From NCBI GenBank assembly GCA_039818205.1, contig JBCBUK010000002.1, positions 320,001 to 384,000 of the forward strand: a DNA stretch of 64,000 nt, given 5' to 3'. A program made the translations under genes and the position numbers. Each line of letters opens with the position of its first letter. The stretch's first letter is position 1. Source of the DNA: Verrucomicrobiota bacterium. Lineage in GTDB: Bacteria > Verrucomicrobiota > Verrucomicrobiia > Opitutales > Cerasicoccaceae. Under the pieces are notes generated by a model. That model was not told the DNA's origin. It saw nothing but the letters and a program-made list of their open reading frames with translations, and did not search any database. Shown piece after piece: positions 28,424 to 38,830 of this stretch.

Positions 28424-30595
28424 TTAGCGGAGCCCCATGTTTCGGCGCCAGAACCACTCGGCCCCAAAGGCGCCCAGTAGCAGGATCAAAAACAGTCCAT
28501 TGCGTGTCCAGTGGGTTCGCTCCTCTTGAACAGGGACACTCGCCGCCAAGGGAAGTTCATCAATTTGATCAATGTCACGCCACGCATAGTAGCGGCCGCC
28601 CGAGATGCGTGCAAGATCGCGTAGGGTGTTTTCGCGAAAGCGGAGGTCTTCGTTTTCGCGGCCCGCGCGCCTGGCGGCGAAGTAAGCGGTTTGCTCCAAG
28701 GTTTCTCCATCGGGAAATTCGATCGAGTAATCGATACGATATTCTCCGGACTCGTCGAGAAGCAGCTCGCCCGCGAACCGCCCAGATTCGTTGGCTTGAG
28801 GGATCAATCCAAGTTCTGGAAGAATCGCCCCGCCCGGAGTCGTGATGGTCGCACGGATCTGAGCATCTTCCGAAGGGCGGAAGTCGCTGCCGCGCACTAG
28901 GAGGTCGATGTCGGCCGGAGAGCCCAACGGCAAGACTTGGCCCTGAATCGGGAGCTCGACCCGAGGCTTACCGCCCGTTGCCAGCCACGCTAGCAGTTGA
29001 CGCCAAAACGCGCTGTGCTGTTCGTTTTCTCGATCGCTGGTGAGCGCCCAGCGCCAGGTGCTCTCGGTGCCAATGTAAGCGGAACGACCGGCACCATAGG
29101 CGTGAACCATCAAGACCGGGGTATCGGTTTTGACGGCCTCAGCGGCGACGCGTGCCCCAAGTGAAACGCTTTCGGGCTGAAACACCATCGACTCCGCGGG
29201 CAGGTAGGGACCCGGTGGCAAGCCGAGGACACCACCACTGGCATCAGGAAATACGGGCTGATTTGCGAGCTCGATGGGCGTGCGGCTGAGGACGCGAGCC
29301 ATTTCGCCGTCGCGAACCGGCAGGAGGCCTTCGAGTTCTTTGGGCATCTCGTTGGGATCTCCCAAAAAGAGGACGCCGCCTCCGCGCCTCAGTAAATACT
29401 CGCGTAAGCCTTCACGGGCATCCTCGCTCATTGCGACAACGGCAGAAATGTCGACGATCAATACGGAGTGTGGAAAAAACTCCTCGCCCGACTCCGGGAA
29501 GCCAAGGGTCGCTTCGTCCATACTGGTTTCTTCTTCAAAACCTTGTCGGTAAAAGCGCTCAGGTCCCGTTTGGATAATGCATTGGCGGGTTACCTGATCG
29601 TCGTCGCCAAGGGCCTGTTGCAGATAACGCCAGAAGGGTCCCAACCGCGCACTCAGGTAGAGCATGCTTTGGTTTTCCGGCAATGTAATGTCAACGGCTG
29701 CGTAATCGAGATCGTTGACTCGGTTGAAATCTCCCTCGGCGCGCTCTTTCAAGATCGCTCGGTAGACCTGGAGTCCTGGCGTTTCCGGAACGAAATCGAA
29801 ACTGACTCGATCTTCAGATTGGGAGGAAATGGTTATTGCTTGTTCACCAAGGAGTTCGGATTCCTGAAAGAGTTGGATTTCGACGGTGCGGTCTTCAGGG
29901 AAATTGTTGAGGACATCAACCGACAGGGTCAATGGATCGCCCAGCGGGGCATTATCGGGCGTATCGGTGAATTTGATACCGATGTCACCCGGAGGAGTGG
30001 GTTCGCCGATGCCAATCGTGGAAACGGGGATTCCGGCCTCGCGAAAGGCGACGGCAGCGTCCGGGACGCGTTCGCCGACCAAGTTGATCCCGTCGCTAAG
30101 CAAAACGACGCCGCCGAGGTTAGGGGCGTCGGTCGGGCGTTTGTCCAATAGCTCTACCAGTCCAGTGCCGATGGCGGTGTCTCCGTTGCGGGCATCCCAG
30201 CTAGGTCCCGCCTGCCAGCTTTGAACAATGGTCGAGGGTTCCAGCAGGTATTGATCACTCAGACGATCCCAGAGATTGTTGGTTTGGCCGGCGGCAACGG
30301 CTTCTTGGAGTCGTTCGAGTCGGGTTTTTCCACCGGGAAGGTCGCCGGTCTCCATGGAGCGGGAAACGTCTCCTACCACTGCGATGGCGAACTGGCTGGC
30401 GTCGGGTAGCTGCCGAGAAACAAAGGGGTTGAGCAGCAACAAGGCGACGAGAATAAGCCCGATGACCCGCAGGGCTGAGAGCCCCCATGCTGCGCGCGGC
30501 GTGATCGCAGGTCGCTTCCAAAGCACCCAGGCAGCAAGTAACCCGGTGAGCACCACGATGGCGAGGGGCGGAAAGGGGGTGTCAAAACCGGTCAT
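28424..30595 (-). CDS. Membrane protein with vWA-like and class I glutamine amidotransferase-like domains
   Basis: N-terminal TMs, DVSRSM MIDAS motif, LSDG, Ig-like segment, GAGRSAY..TWRW, C-terminal EWFWRR. Confidence 0.78.
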   Translation of the reverse strand: MTGFDTPFPPLAIVVLTGLLAAWVLWKRPAITPRAAWGLSALRVIGLILVALLLLNPFVSRQLPDASQFAIAVVGDVSRSMETGDLPGGKTRLERLQEAVAAGQTNNLWDRLSDQYLLEPSTIVQSWQAGPSWDARNGDTAIGTGLVELLDKRPTDAPNLGGVVLLSDGINLVGERVPDAAVAFREAGIPVSTIGIGEPTPPGDIGIKFTDTPDNAPLGDPLTLSVDVLNNFPEDRTVEIQLFQESELLGEQAITISSQSEDRVSFDFVPETPGLQVYRAILKERAEGDFNRVNDLDYAAVDITLPENQSMLYLSARLGPFWRYLQQALGDDDQVTRQCIIQTGPERFYRQGFEEETSMDEATLGFPESGEEFFPHSVLIVDISAVVAMSEDAREGLREYLLRRGGGVLFLGDPNEMPKELEGLLPVRDGEMARVLSRTPIELANQPVFPDASGGVLGLPPGPYLPAESMVFQPESVSLGARVAAEAVKTDTPVLMVHAYGAGRSAYIGTESTWRWALTSDRENEQHSAFWRQLLAWLATGGKPRVELPIQGQVLPLGSPADIDLLVRGSDFRPSEDAQIRATITTPGGAILPELGLIPQANESGRFAGELLLDESGEYRIDYSIEFPDGETLEQTAYFAARRAGRENEDLRFRENTLRDLARISGGRYYAWRDIDQIDELPLAASVPVQEERTHWTRNGLFLILLLGAFGAEWFWRRNMGLR

Positions 30596-30675
30596 GAACT
30601 GCTGCTACCTAAAGAAATGTTATATCGAGACTTACGGAGATAGATTCACCAAAAAGGACGGATTTTCAATCAGGA

Positions 30676-31179
30676 TTATCCTTTGGTGACAGCATAAATC
30701 CGAACAGGTATGCCTTTAAATGAAGAATTTTTCTCGAAAGAGAGCCCACATTTCTCGGCGACACGGATGGAGGCGACGTTTTCAGCCTCGATGATGGAGA
30801 TCATTCGCTGGTAGCCAAAGTCGCGCTGTCCATGGTCCTGAATGGCGGCCGCGGCTTCGGTTGCGAGGCCTCGGCTCCAATAATCGGGGTGCAACCGGTA
30901 GCCAATTTCGACTTCTTCCTGGTAGTCAACCATTTGGTAGTAGAATCCGCAGTAACCAATGACCGCGTCGGTTTCTTTGACGACGACTGCGTAGAGGCCG
31001 GTTCGTCGTTCCTCATAGGCGATCTGACAGCCCTCCAGAAAGCGTTGAGTTTTTGCGCGATCGTAGGGGCCACTCAACGAAAACCGCATAACCTCGGGAT
31101 GGCCGAGAACTTGGGCCATCGCGTCTAAATCGCTCAGGCGAAACCAGCGCAGGCGAAGCCGAGGGGTTTCGAGTTCCAT
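30676..31179 (-). CDS. GNAT N-acetyltransferase (RimJ/RimL family)
   Basis: LETPRLRLR, EIGYRLHPDYWSRGLATEAA and NVASIRVAEKCG; start moved to ATG 31179. Confidence 0.9.
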   Translation of the reverse strand: MELETPRLRLRWFRLSDLDAMAQVLGHPEVMRFSLSGPYDRAKTQRFLEGCQIAYEERRTGLYAVVVKETDAVIGYCGFYYQMVDYQEEVEIGYRLHPDYWSRGLATEAAAAIQDHGQRDFGYQRMISIIEAENVASIRVAEKCGLSFEKNSSFKGIPVRIYAVTKG

Positions 31180-31189
31180 GCCAAGCAGG

Positions 31190-31987
31190 CTAGGCGATCT
31201 CTTCAACCGGGGCCCGGAGTGTAAACTGTTCGCACTTGGTCGCGATGCCTTGTTCGGTATCGATCTCGACGAGGGTGCCGCACAGGCGCACATCATTTTC
31301 GGCAACCGGCCAGCGGCGAGGGATGCCATCGATGAACTTCAAAATTATGGGCTGAATTTCCCGCCCCAGGATGCTTTCGTAAGGGCCACTCATGCCGGCA
31401 TCCGTGTGGTAGGCTGTTCCGCGGGGCAGGATTGTGGCGTCGCCCGTGGGGATGTGGGTATGCGTCCCAACGACCATTTGAACGCGGCCATCGAGATACC
31501 AACCATACGCGACCTTCTCCGAGGTTGTTTCGGCATGGATCTCGGCAAGAACCGCGTCACACTTGCCATCGAGTCTTCGGATAATGTCGTCAGCACCGCG
31601 AAAGGGGCAATCGGCGCTGACCTTCATGAAGGTGCGGCCCAAGACGGTAAAGACGCCCAGTTTAAACCCGTTTTTCTCCAGGATTAGGTAGGAGCGGCCA
31701 GGGTTTTCCGTAGGAAGATTGGCTGGGCGGCAAACTTTCGGGAGTCCGGCGATCTCATCGATAAACCCGCGCTGATCCCAAATGTGGTCACCCAAGGTGA
31801 TTCCATCGACGCCAGCTTCAGTGATTTCGTGAGCAATTGAAGACGTTATTCCCGCGCCAGCAGCGGCATTTTCTCCGTTGGCCACGAGAAAATCCAATTG
31901 AAGGTCCTCTTTTAGCTGTTTGACTTTTGCTTTGACCAAATCCCGACCAGGGCGCCCAACAATGTCACCTAAAAACAAAATGCGCAT
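31190..31987 (-). CDS. ymdB: YmdB/TIGR00282 family metallophosphoesterase
   Basis: GDIVGRPG, NGENAAAG, HAETTSEK, GTHTH and DAGMSGP motifs. Confidence 0.92.
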   Translation of the reverse strand: MRILFLGDIVGRPGRDLVKAKVKQLKEDLQLDFLVANGENAAAGAGITSSIAHEITEAGVDGITLGDHIWDQRGFIDEIAGLPKVCRPANLPTENPGRSYLILEKNGFKLGVFTVLGRTFMKVSADCPFRGADDIIRRLDGKCDAVLAEIHAETTSEKVAYGWYLDGRVQMVVGTHTHIPTGDATILPRGTAYHTDAGMSGPYESILGREIQPIILKFIDGIPRRWPVAENDVRLCGTLVEIDTEQGIATKCEQFTLRAPVEEIA

Positions 31988-32052
31988 CTGACGATAAACG
32001 CAGAGCCCGTCTTCCTTTTAAAGGCTAAAGTGTGGTGGCGTCTTATATCCGC

Positions 32053-32508
32053 CTACAGGACCAAGTTGCCGCTGTCGTCGAATTTCCAGGATTCGGCCCA
32101 GGCGACCTCCCAGAGGTGCCCGTCGGGATCGGAGAAGTAGCCGCTGTAGCCTCCCCAGAAGGTGTCGTGTGGTTTTTTCTCAATTTTGCCGCCGGCGCGT
32201 TCGGCAAGCGCAAGGAGCTCTTCGACTTCGTGCTTTTGGCGCGTATTGTAAGCGAGCGTCTTGGATGGCATGAGCTTGGGGTCCAGCGAACGTGGGGCGT
32301 CGATCGTCCGGTCGAAATTTTCAGCGGCCGCTTTTTCATAGGGATACAGGCAGAGAATCAAGCCATTGAGTTTAAACCCAATCCATTGGTCATCGGCCTT
32401 GGACTTGGTGGGAAGGCCCAGGCCATTGGCGTAAAATTCGTAGGCTCGCTGAGTGTCGGCAACCAGAAGGGTTATGATGCTGATGCGGGGATCGAGTCGT
32501 TCGGTCAT
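32053..32508 (-). CDS. VOC/glyoxalase family protein
   Basis: ISIITL..FY..GLG and FWGGYSGYFSDPDGHLWEVA. Confidence 0.88.
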   Translation of the reverse strand: MTERLDPRISIITLLVADTQRAYEFYANGLGLPTKSKADDQWIGFKLNGLILCLYPYEKAAAENFDRTIDAPRSLDPKLMPSKTLAYNTRQKHEVEELLALAERAGGKIEKKPHDTFWGGYSGYFSDPDGHLWEVAWAESWKFDDSGNLVL

Positions 32509-32529
32509 GGGTTCTGGGTTGGATCGCGG

Positions 32530-33318
32530 TTAGGATTTCTTGGCGTTCAGAAGGCCGTCAACAATTCGGCGTTCTACATCCTGCCTCTTGATGACGCCGA
32601 TGAATGTGCCCTTGGCGTCGACAATGGCACCAGCCTCGACTCCCTTGGCACGGAAGTGGTTCGCGATATCGAGCAGGTTGGTGTCTTTCTGAACGGCATC
32701 GGTCAGCACGATCCCTTGGAATGCTTGGAGAACCTCGCCCGCGCTCAGGGCGTCGACAAAGGTTTGCAGCTTTTGCCAATCGAAGCCCTCGCTTTCATCG
32801 GGGTTGTGAAAAATGGAAGTCGGGACCAAGCCGACGAAGGTGCCGTCTTCTTTTTTGACCTCGAAAAATTCAAGATTGGGCAGCTGCTTCATGTAGTCGA
32901 TAATGGCGCCCGCGTGGTAGTAGCCCATCTTGTCGACGAAGGAGAGGCGTCCGATCTCGCGTTTTCGTTCGGGGGACAAGCCCGCAACGGCGCTGACGGA
33001 GCCCTTCGATTGCGCACCCATCTCGGAAACCGCTTCGGTCGCCTTCATGTCGATGGAGGTTGCGGGGGCCTTTAGCGAAGCCTCCAGTTTGACGCCAAAG
33101 CCGCTGAAGGACTCAATGTAGCCGCCGCAGACCAGCGCGACGATCGTGGGCAGTGCGGCAAACGCGAGCCACTGGGTCGGCAGTTCAATGAACGAGGCAT
33201 TGGTCGCCTTGAGAAAGCTGAATATCGCAAGCAGTGCGACAGAGCCAAGGAGGCCGAGGATGGGCAGCTTGTATTCGTGGAGCAGGCCGTTCTTGAGGGA
33301 AGAATCGTCGTTGGGCAT
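32530..33318 (-). CDS. Membrane protein with a C-terminal CBS-like domain
   Basis: Two N-terminal TM helices; IVDAKGTFIGVIKRQDV CBS-type motif; start moved to ATG 33318. Confidence 0.65.
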   Translation of the reverse strand: MPNDDSSLKNGLLHEYKLPILGLLGSVALLAIFSFLKATNASFIELPTQWLAFAALPTIVALVCGGYIESFSGFGVKLEASLKAPATSIDMKATEAVSEMGAQSKGSVSAVAGLSPERKREIGRLSFVDKMGYYHAGAIIDYMKQLPNLEFFEVKKEDGTFVGLVPTSIFHNPDESEGFDWQKLQTFVDALSAGEVLQAFQGIVLTDAVQKDTNLLDIANHFRAKGVEAGAIVDAKGTFIGVIKRQDVERRIVDGLLNAKKS

Positions 33319-33438
33319 GGCAGAAGTGTCGCTGATCGTTAAGACCAATCCTAATTGGATTGAACAATTGCAATCAGGGATAATCTGCCTGGGCGCATCG
33401 TGCAACCCTAAGCTGGTCGGTGACAGAATAGCGCCCAG

Positions 33439-33678
33439 CTAGCGAGAAGGCGTGCGGATGGGCCAATTGCCACCGCCTGGGTAGACCCCAAAAACCAAGG
33501 GTAGGGCGATCACAATCGCGACCGGGATGGTGGTCCACTCGACTCCCAATAGCTTCGAAACGCCGACGCCTGCGACAAAGCCAATTAACAGGGCGACGCC
33601 AGGGCACATGCCTTTGCCGCCGCATCCGCCGGTGGTGCAGGATTTTTGCGATTCATTGTCAGCGTTGGATTCAGCCAT
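33439..33678 (-). CDS. Small two-TM membrane protein with a Cys/Gly-rich N-terminus
   Basis: 79 aa, CTTGGCGGKGMCPG then two hydrophobic helices; collinear with lepB. Confidence 0.6.
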   Translation of the reverse strand: MAESNADNESQKSCTTGGCGGKGMCPGVALLIGFVAGVGVSKLLGVEWTTIPVAIVIALPLVFGVYPGGGNWPIRTPSR

Positions 33679-33708
33679 GATATTAATAGACTGCGCTGAG
33701 CCTCACAT

Positions 33709-34407
33709 TTAGTCAAGGGAGGTGAAAAAACGTCCGATTCTTGGCTGGTATTTGTCCAGCATGTCGAAGGACACCACGACGGAGGTGGCCTCGCCCAAGA
33801 AGCGGCTGCGTTCGACAAAGCCGAAAGCCCGAGAGTCCTTACTGTTGTCGCGATTGTCACCCATGACGAAATAGTGCCCATCAGGAACGGTGATTTCCGG
33901 AAAACTGCGAGCCATGCTGATTGCTGGTGTGACCATCATTGCATGGGGGCGTCCGTCGAGATCTTCCTGTGCGAATGCCGAGATGCGGGTGAGCTCGGCC
34001 ATGAGCCCAGCGCGTTCCTCCTCGGGCAGTTCGGTATAATCCAGGCGCTCATCGTTGATGTAGAGCATGTAATCACGCATCTCAACCGTGTCGCCGGGGA
34101 TGCCAATAACGCGTTTGACCAGGCGCTTTTCGTCCTCCGGTGAGAGCAGTACGCTGATGTCTCCCCGTTCGGGATCGCCCAGGTGGTTCAGGCTGTGCCG
34201 GGTGAGCGGGAAGCGAAGGTCATACGCGAGTTTGTTGACGTAGACCAGATCCCCCTCCAAAATGGTTGGGTTCATTGAGCCGGATGGGACCCAATTCCAG
34301 TCGGCCAAACTTGATTTGACCGGGATGATGACGAATGCCCACAGGAGGATGAAACCGCGCCATTCTCTCCATTGGGCGTTTAGAAATCGGAAGAATTTTT
34401 CTTTCAT
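33709..34407 (-). CDS. lepB: Signal peptidase I
   Basis: VPSGSMNPT (Ser), LVKRVIGIPGD (Lys) and GDNRDNSKDSR motifs. Confidence 0.93.
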   Translation of the reverse strand: MKEKFFRFLNAQWREWRGFILLWAFVIIPVKSSLADWNWVPSGSMNPTILEGDLVYVNKLAYDLRFPLTRHSLNHLGDPERGDISVLLSPEDEKRLVKRVIGIPGDTVEMRDYMLYINDERLDYTELPEEERAGLMAELTRISAFAQEDLDGRPHAMMVTPAISMARSFPEITVPDGHYFVMGDNRDNSKDSRAFGFVERSRFLGEATSVVVSFDMLDKYQPRIGRFFTSLD

Positions 34408-34583
34408 GGAACAGCAGATTTCAGTTTTTGACCCCAAAAAATGCGGATCGGTTCGCTGGTTGGTAACAAATTTCTTACATTTACCTTCGGAGTGGCATTC
34501 CGATTCAAGTCTTGCATTCTCTCGGAAAATCAGGACCCTATCCGCCTTTTTCCATCAATAGAAAACCCAAAATCCATCGAAAA

Positions 34584-36359
34584 ATGAAAACCGAATCAGT
34601 CGTCAACTTCCCTCCACAGGACGAGAAGGGTCCCGCCATGAAGGGCGCGGATGTTCTCGTATCATGCTTAGAGCGTGAGGGCGTCGACGTCGTCTTCGCC
34701 TATCCCGGCGGAGCATCGATGGAGCTGCACCAGGCGCTGACCCGCTCGTCAAAAATCCGGACGATCCTCCCGCGCCACGAGCAGGGTGGTGGTTTCATGG
34801 CTCACGGTTATGCCCGTGCGACCGGCAAAGCTGGTGTTTGCATGGCGACTTCCGGCCCGGGCGCGACGAATCTCGTCACTTGTATTGCGGATGCTTACAT
34901 GGATTCGATTCCGTTGATCGCCATCACTGGTCAGGTTTACCAGGAGTTCATTGGCAAGAGCGCTTTCCAAGAGACCGACTTTTTCGGTATGACCTTGCCG
35001 ATCGTAAAGCACAGCTTCTTGGTTTTGACCGCTGAAGAATTGCCGACGATCGTGAAAAAGGCTTTCAAAATTGCAACCACCGGTCGCCCTGGCCCGGTTG
35101 TAATCGATATTCCTAAGGACGTTCAGCAGAAGATCTGGGAGCCGTTGTTCCCCGCTGAGGTGGAAATTCCGGGCATGCGTGAGATTCCTCATGCGAGCGA
35201 CGAGGAATTGAAGATCGTTTTGGACAAACTGCAAAACGCCGAACAGCCGGTTCTTTACACCGGTGGTGGTATCTTGTCTGCTGAGGCATCTGCGGAGCTG
35301 CGAGAATTTGCGGAACTGACCGGTGTGCCGGTTGCCTCGACTTTGATGGGCTTGGGTGCTTATCCAGCGAAGGGCAAGCAGAGCCTTTATTGGTTCGGTA
35401 TGCATGGCACGGTTGCTGGTAACTGGGCGGTGTGCGATAGTGATCTCCTCTTGACGCTTGGTGCCCGATTTGATGACCGCATCACAGGCACCGTTTCCAA
35501 GTTCGCTCCAGAAGCACATATCGTCCACTTCGACATCGACAAGAGCGAGTTCAACAAGAACAAGTTCGCGCACCAAACTATTTACACCGACGTCAAATAC
35601 GCGCTTAAGCGTATGTGTGAGCTGATCAAGGCGGGTGAGTTCGAAAAGCCTGATTTGACCGGCTGGTTCAACACAATCGACACTTGGAAGAAGGATCATC
35701 CATATCCATTCCACTACAAGGAAAGTAAGCACATCTTGCCGCAACAGGCGATTGAGACGCTTTACGAAGTTACCAAGGGTGAGGCCATTATTTCGACTGG
35801 CGTTGGTCAGCACCAGATGTGGGCTCCTCAGTATTACCACTTCAGTGAGCCTCGCCAGTTCATCAGTTCATTGGGTCTCGGCACAATGGGATTTGGTTAT
35901 CCCGCTGCCCTCGGCGCCCAAGTTGCCTTCCCGGATAAGCTCGTTGTCGACGTGGACGGTGACGGATCGTTCCTCATGAACGTGCAAGAGATGGCCACGG
36001 CAAAGATCGAGAAGATCAATGCCAAGATTCTACTGCTCAACAATCAGCACTTGGGCATGGTGGTTCAGTGGGAAGACCGCTTTTATGAAGGTGTTCGCGG
36101 CCACACGATCCTGGGTGATCCCGATAACATTGGTGGCCCAGAGAACCTTGAGGCGATTTATCCTGATTACGTGACCATGGCTGCTGGCTATGGTATCAAG
36201 GCACGTCGCGTTCATAAGAAGGAAGAGCTACGCGAAGCGATCGAAGAGATGGTCAATCACGACGGTCCTTTCTTGCTTGATGTGATTGTCCCTTACACCG
36301 AGCACGTGTTGCCGTTCATCCCACAAAAGAAGTCCGCTAAGGAAATCTTGACCGACTAG
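34584..36359 (+). CDS. ilvB: Acetolactate synthase large subunit, biosynthetic type
   Basis: [29 protein letters not shown] motif GDGSFLMN and LGMVVQWE; start moved to ATG 34584. Confidence 0.95.
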   Translation: MKTESVVNFPPQDEKGPAMKGADVLVSCLEREGVDVVFAYPGGASMELHQALTRSSKIRTILPRHEQGGGFMAHGYARATGKAGVCMATSGPGATNLVTCIADAYMDSIPLIAITGQVYQEFIGKSAFQETDFFGMTLPIVKHSFLVLTAEELPTIVKKAFKIATTGRPGPVVIDIPKDVQQKIWEPLFPAEVEIPGMREIPHASDEELKIVLDKLQNAEQPVLYTGGGILSAEASAELREFAELTGVPVASTLMGLGAYPAKGKQSLYWFGMHGTVAGNWAVCDSDLLLTLGARFDDRITGTVSKFAPEAHIVHFDIDKSEFNKNKFAHQTIYTDVKYALKRMCELIKAGEFEKPDLTGWFNTIDTWKKDHPYPFHYKESKHILPQQAIETLYEVTKGEAIISTGVGQHQMWAPQYYHFSEPRQFISSLGLGTMGFGYPAALGAQVAFPDKLVVDVDGDGSFLMNVQEMATAKIEKINAKILLLNNQHLGMVVQWEDRFYEGVRGHTILGDPDNIGGPENLEAIYPDYVTMAAGYGIKARRVHKKEELREAIEEMVNHDGPFLLDVIVPYTEHVLPFIPQKKSAKEILTD

Positions 36360-36386
36360 TCGGAACTGTCGGAAGCAAAGCTTTTG

Positions 36387-36416
36387 AAACGCGCCTCAAA
36401 TCGAGGCGCGTTTTTT
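36387..36416 (+). terminator. Intrinsic terminator after ilvB
   Basis: AAACGCGCCTC-AAATC-GAGGCGCGTTTTTT. Confidence 0.88.
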
Positions 36417-37881
36417 ATTGTCGCGCGGAAGCCTCCTCGCGGTTCTCGGCGAGTTCGCTGTCGTGAGGAAAATAGTGCAGGCCGTTCTCCGAAACCCGCA
36501 GAGCCGTCTCGTAGTCGCCGGCACCGAGTAGCGAACGAGTAATCACGTAGTAGCTGCCGAGAGCATGGCGCTTGGTCCGGGTGAGATCCCAGAGGCTCTT
36601 ACGCTCGTTTTGTGACTGCTCAGTGAGCACCGTAATCAACGTATCGAGCCACTGGAACTCTTCGATGCGCTCGGCCACCATTTCGTCTTTGGTCCATGTG
36701 TTATAGATTTGTCGGGCAGACTCAGGCTGGCCGTTGTAGAGTCGGGCCTCGATTGCGAACATGGTCATTCCCTTGGCTTTGGCGGGGTCGGCTGCGGCAA
36801 TTAACGTAAGGATTTTGTCGGTACGCTCGATGCTGAACGATTTAATGAAGTGGGCTAGTAGCAATTCCAGTGCTGCGGGATTATTGGCATATTGCTCGAT
36901 ATAGACATTCGTCATTGTATCGCGCTCGTCGACGAGATCGGCGAGATCGAGTTCGCGGATCATCTGGACTTGAAGTGGGTAGGGCTTGGTCGGCCAGCGC
37001 GAGATGGATTGCAAGTATGGCTTCAGCCCCTCGTAATCGCCGGTTTCCAACGCGAGCATGCCGAGTAGGTAGGGGAAGTGAACGGTGTGTTTCCGCGCCA
37101 TGGGAAGGCTATCAATCCGATCACGGGCCTCTTCCATGAAGCCCATCTTGATGAGTGCTAAGGTTTCGAGGTCTTCGTATTTTACGCTGCCCGGGTTTTT
37201 GGCAAGCATCTCTTGGGCGAACTCAAGGATCTGCTCATAATCGCCTTCCTTTTGCATGGCCTTGAGCTCAAGGTCGACCAGTTTGTCCCAGGTCTCTTCG
37301 TCTTCCTGGACCTCTGGAAAACTGCGCAGCTTCTTGGTGACATCGGCGAATTCCGCGAAGTCTTGCCGGTGGGTCAGGATTAGCATGAGAGCCTGGACGT
37401 ATTCTTTGTTCTCTGGATAGCCGTATTCCAAACCCGCACTGAGGATATTGGTTGCATCGATAGATTTACCCGCCGCGGAGTAGATTTGCGCCAGTTTGAA
37501 CCGTGCGTCCTGGTCGTTCGGGTAGCGCTTGAGCCCGGCCCTTAGCATGTACATCGCATCAAAGTATTCTTGCTCCTCGAACAGTGCCTTGCCGTAGGCG
37601 ATGTTGGTTTGTCCTGCTTTCTCAGAGAGATCTGGCCAGTTCCACGGCAGCGCGAAGTCGGTGAAAGCGATCTGATTGTGTGGGCGTTTACTGCGAATCG
37701 AATAGGCGACGCTCACCGCAACGATGTAGCCGACGACTGTAACGACGGTGAGGACGATCAGTAGCTTGATCGGGTTGAACTGAATCGCATATCCTTTGCG
37801 GCGCGAGAGTATCCGAACGAGGCCAAAAAGCATGGCACCCTCATCGGTTGATTTCAGCTTGGCGTTGGGGCTGAGTTTCAT
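36415..37881 (-). CDS. Membrane-anchored TPR-like protein
   Basis: One TM helix followed by helical TPR-type repeats (AGLKRYPNDQDARFKLAQIY). Confidence 0.7.
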   Translation of the reverse strand: MKLSPNAKLKSTDEGAMLFGLVRILSRRKGYAIQFNPIKLLIVLTVVTVVGYIVAVSVAYSIRSKRPHNQIAFTDFALPWNWPDLSEKAGQTNIAYGKALFEEQEYFDAMYMLRAGLKRYPNDQDARFKLAQIYSAAGKSIDATNILSAGLEYGYPENKEYVQALMLILTHRQDFAEFADVTKKLRSFPEVQEDEETWDKLVDLELKAMQKEGDYEQILEFAQEMLAKNPGSVKYEDLETLALIKMGFMEEARDRIDSLPMARKHTVHFPYLLGMLALETGDYEGLKPYLQSISRWPTKPYPLQVQMIRELDLADLVDERDTMTNVYIEQYANNPAALELLLAHFIKSFSIERTDKILTLIAAADPAKAKGMTMFAIEARLYNGQPESARQIYNTWTKDEMVAERIEEFQWLDTLITVLTEQSQNERKSLWDLTRTKRHALGSYYVITRSLLGAGDYETALRVSENGLHYFPHDSELAENREEASARQ

Positions 37882-37882
37882 T

Positions 37883-38737
37883 TTAGGCGTTGGTTGGGAG
37901 ATCTTGGCTTACCCTGACAAAAATTTCCATCGTTCGTTCCGGCGCTCCGCGATAGGTGCCGCTGACCGGGCGGATATCCGCATAGTCTCGCCCCACCGCG
38001 ATACTGATATAGCGTTCGTCTACCGGACGTCGGTGGGTGGGGTCGATGCCATACCACCCAACGGTAGGTAGAAAGATTTCCACCCAGGCATGCGACGCTT
38101 CGGAGCCGCCTTGGGACGGGTCGAACTCTTCGTTGAAAAAATATCCGCTCACGTATCGGGCCGGGATCTTTAGTGATCGACAGAGCCCTAACAACACGTG
38201 CGCGAAATCCTGGCAAACACCCTGGCGTTTGGAGAGCGCTTCATTCACGGTGGTATGGGCGTGAGTTGAGCCTGGAGCGTACTCGAAATGGTCGTAGATC
38301 CAATGACTCAGCGTTACGCTGTCTTGCCAAAGATCGGTCACGCCGTTGGGCAGACAGTCGACCGCCTGGCGCCAAAGGTCGGGAGATAGCTGAACGTAGT
38401 GGCTGTCGACCAAGAAATCATGCAGTTGCAGTGCGTAGGCGGGATCGTTGAGGCCCGCAGGATCTTCGGGCCCGGGTAGTGTCCGCGTGGTGGTCTCGAC
38501 CGTGGATTCTGCTTCGATCTCGAGGGTTTCATGCGGCTGGGTGTATTCGAGCACATCGACCGCGTTCAGATACAGGTCGAGATAACCGCCTCGGGCGCTT
38601 ATGGGATTGCTGCGCAGGTCGTAACTCAGGCGTTTTTGCCAATGATGTTCAATGGGCTGCAGTCGTACTTCGTTAAAGCTGTCGTATGCTGGTCGGGCAT
38701 ATCGATAGGTCGTACGGTGCAGAACACGGAGTTTCAT
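37883..38737 (-). CDS. Transglutaminase-like protein (bacterial N-terminal + core domain)
   Basis: HRTTYRY N-domain, GVCQDFAH, ARYVSGY, SHAWVE, DPT and GRDYAD; start moved to ATG 38737. Confidence 0.93.
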   Translation of the reverse strand: MKLRVLHRTTYRYARPAYDSFNEVRLQPIEHHWQKRLSYDLRSNPISARGGYLDLYLNAVDVLEYTQPHETLEIEAESTVETTTRTLPGPEDPAGLNDPAYALQLHDFLVDSHYVQLSPDLWRQAVDCLPNGVTDLWQDSVTLSHWIYDHFEYAPGSTHAHTTVNEALSKRQGVCQDFAHVLLGLCRSLKIPARYVSGYFFNEEFDPSQGGSEASHAWVEIFLPTVGWYGIDPTHRRPVDERYISIAVGRDYADIRPVSGTYRGAPERTMEIFVRVSQDLPTNA

Positions 38738-38830
38738 CAGGACGGGCAATACGGTTTGGTGATTAACCGTCCGATAAGGAATACGCAAGCCCCCCAATGG
38801 CAAGCAAATCTAGGCCTGTCTGGAAACGAA

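Noticed and set aside
31988..32052. 6S RNA upstream of ymdB
   Set aside because: The gap is only 65 nt, too short
32032..33075. 347-aa + strand ORF
   Set aside because: Antisense to the VOC and CBS-like genes, with no recognisable motifs
34408..34583. ilvB attenuator or leader peptide
   Set aside because: No Ile/Leu/Val-rich short ORF or terminator hairpin seen; the absence of an adjacent ilvN is not remarkable by itself
34749..35840. 363-aa - strand ORF
   Set aside because: Antisense shadow of ilvB
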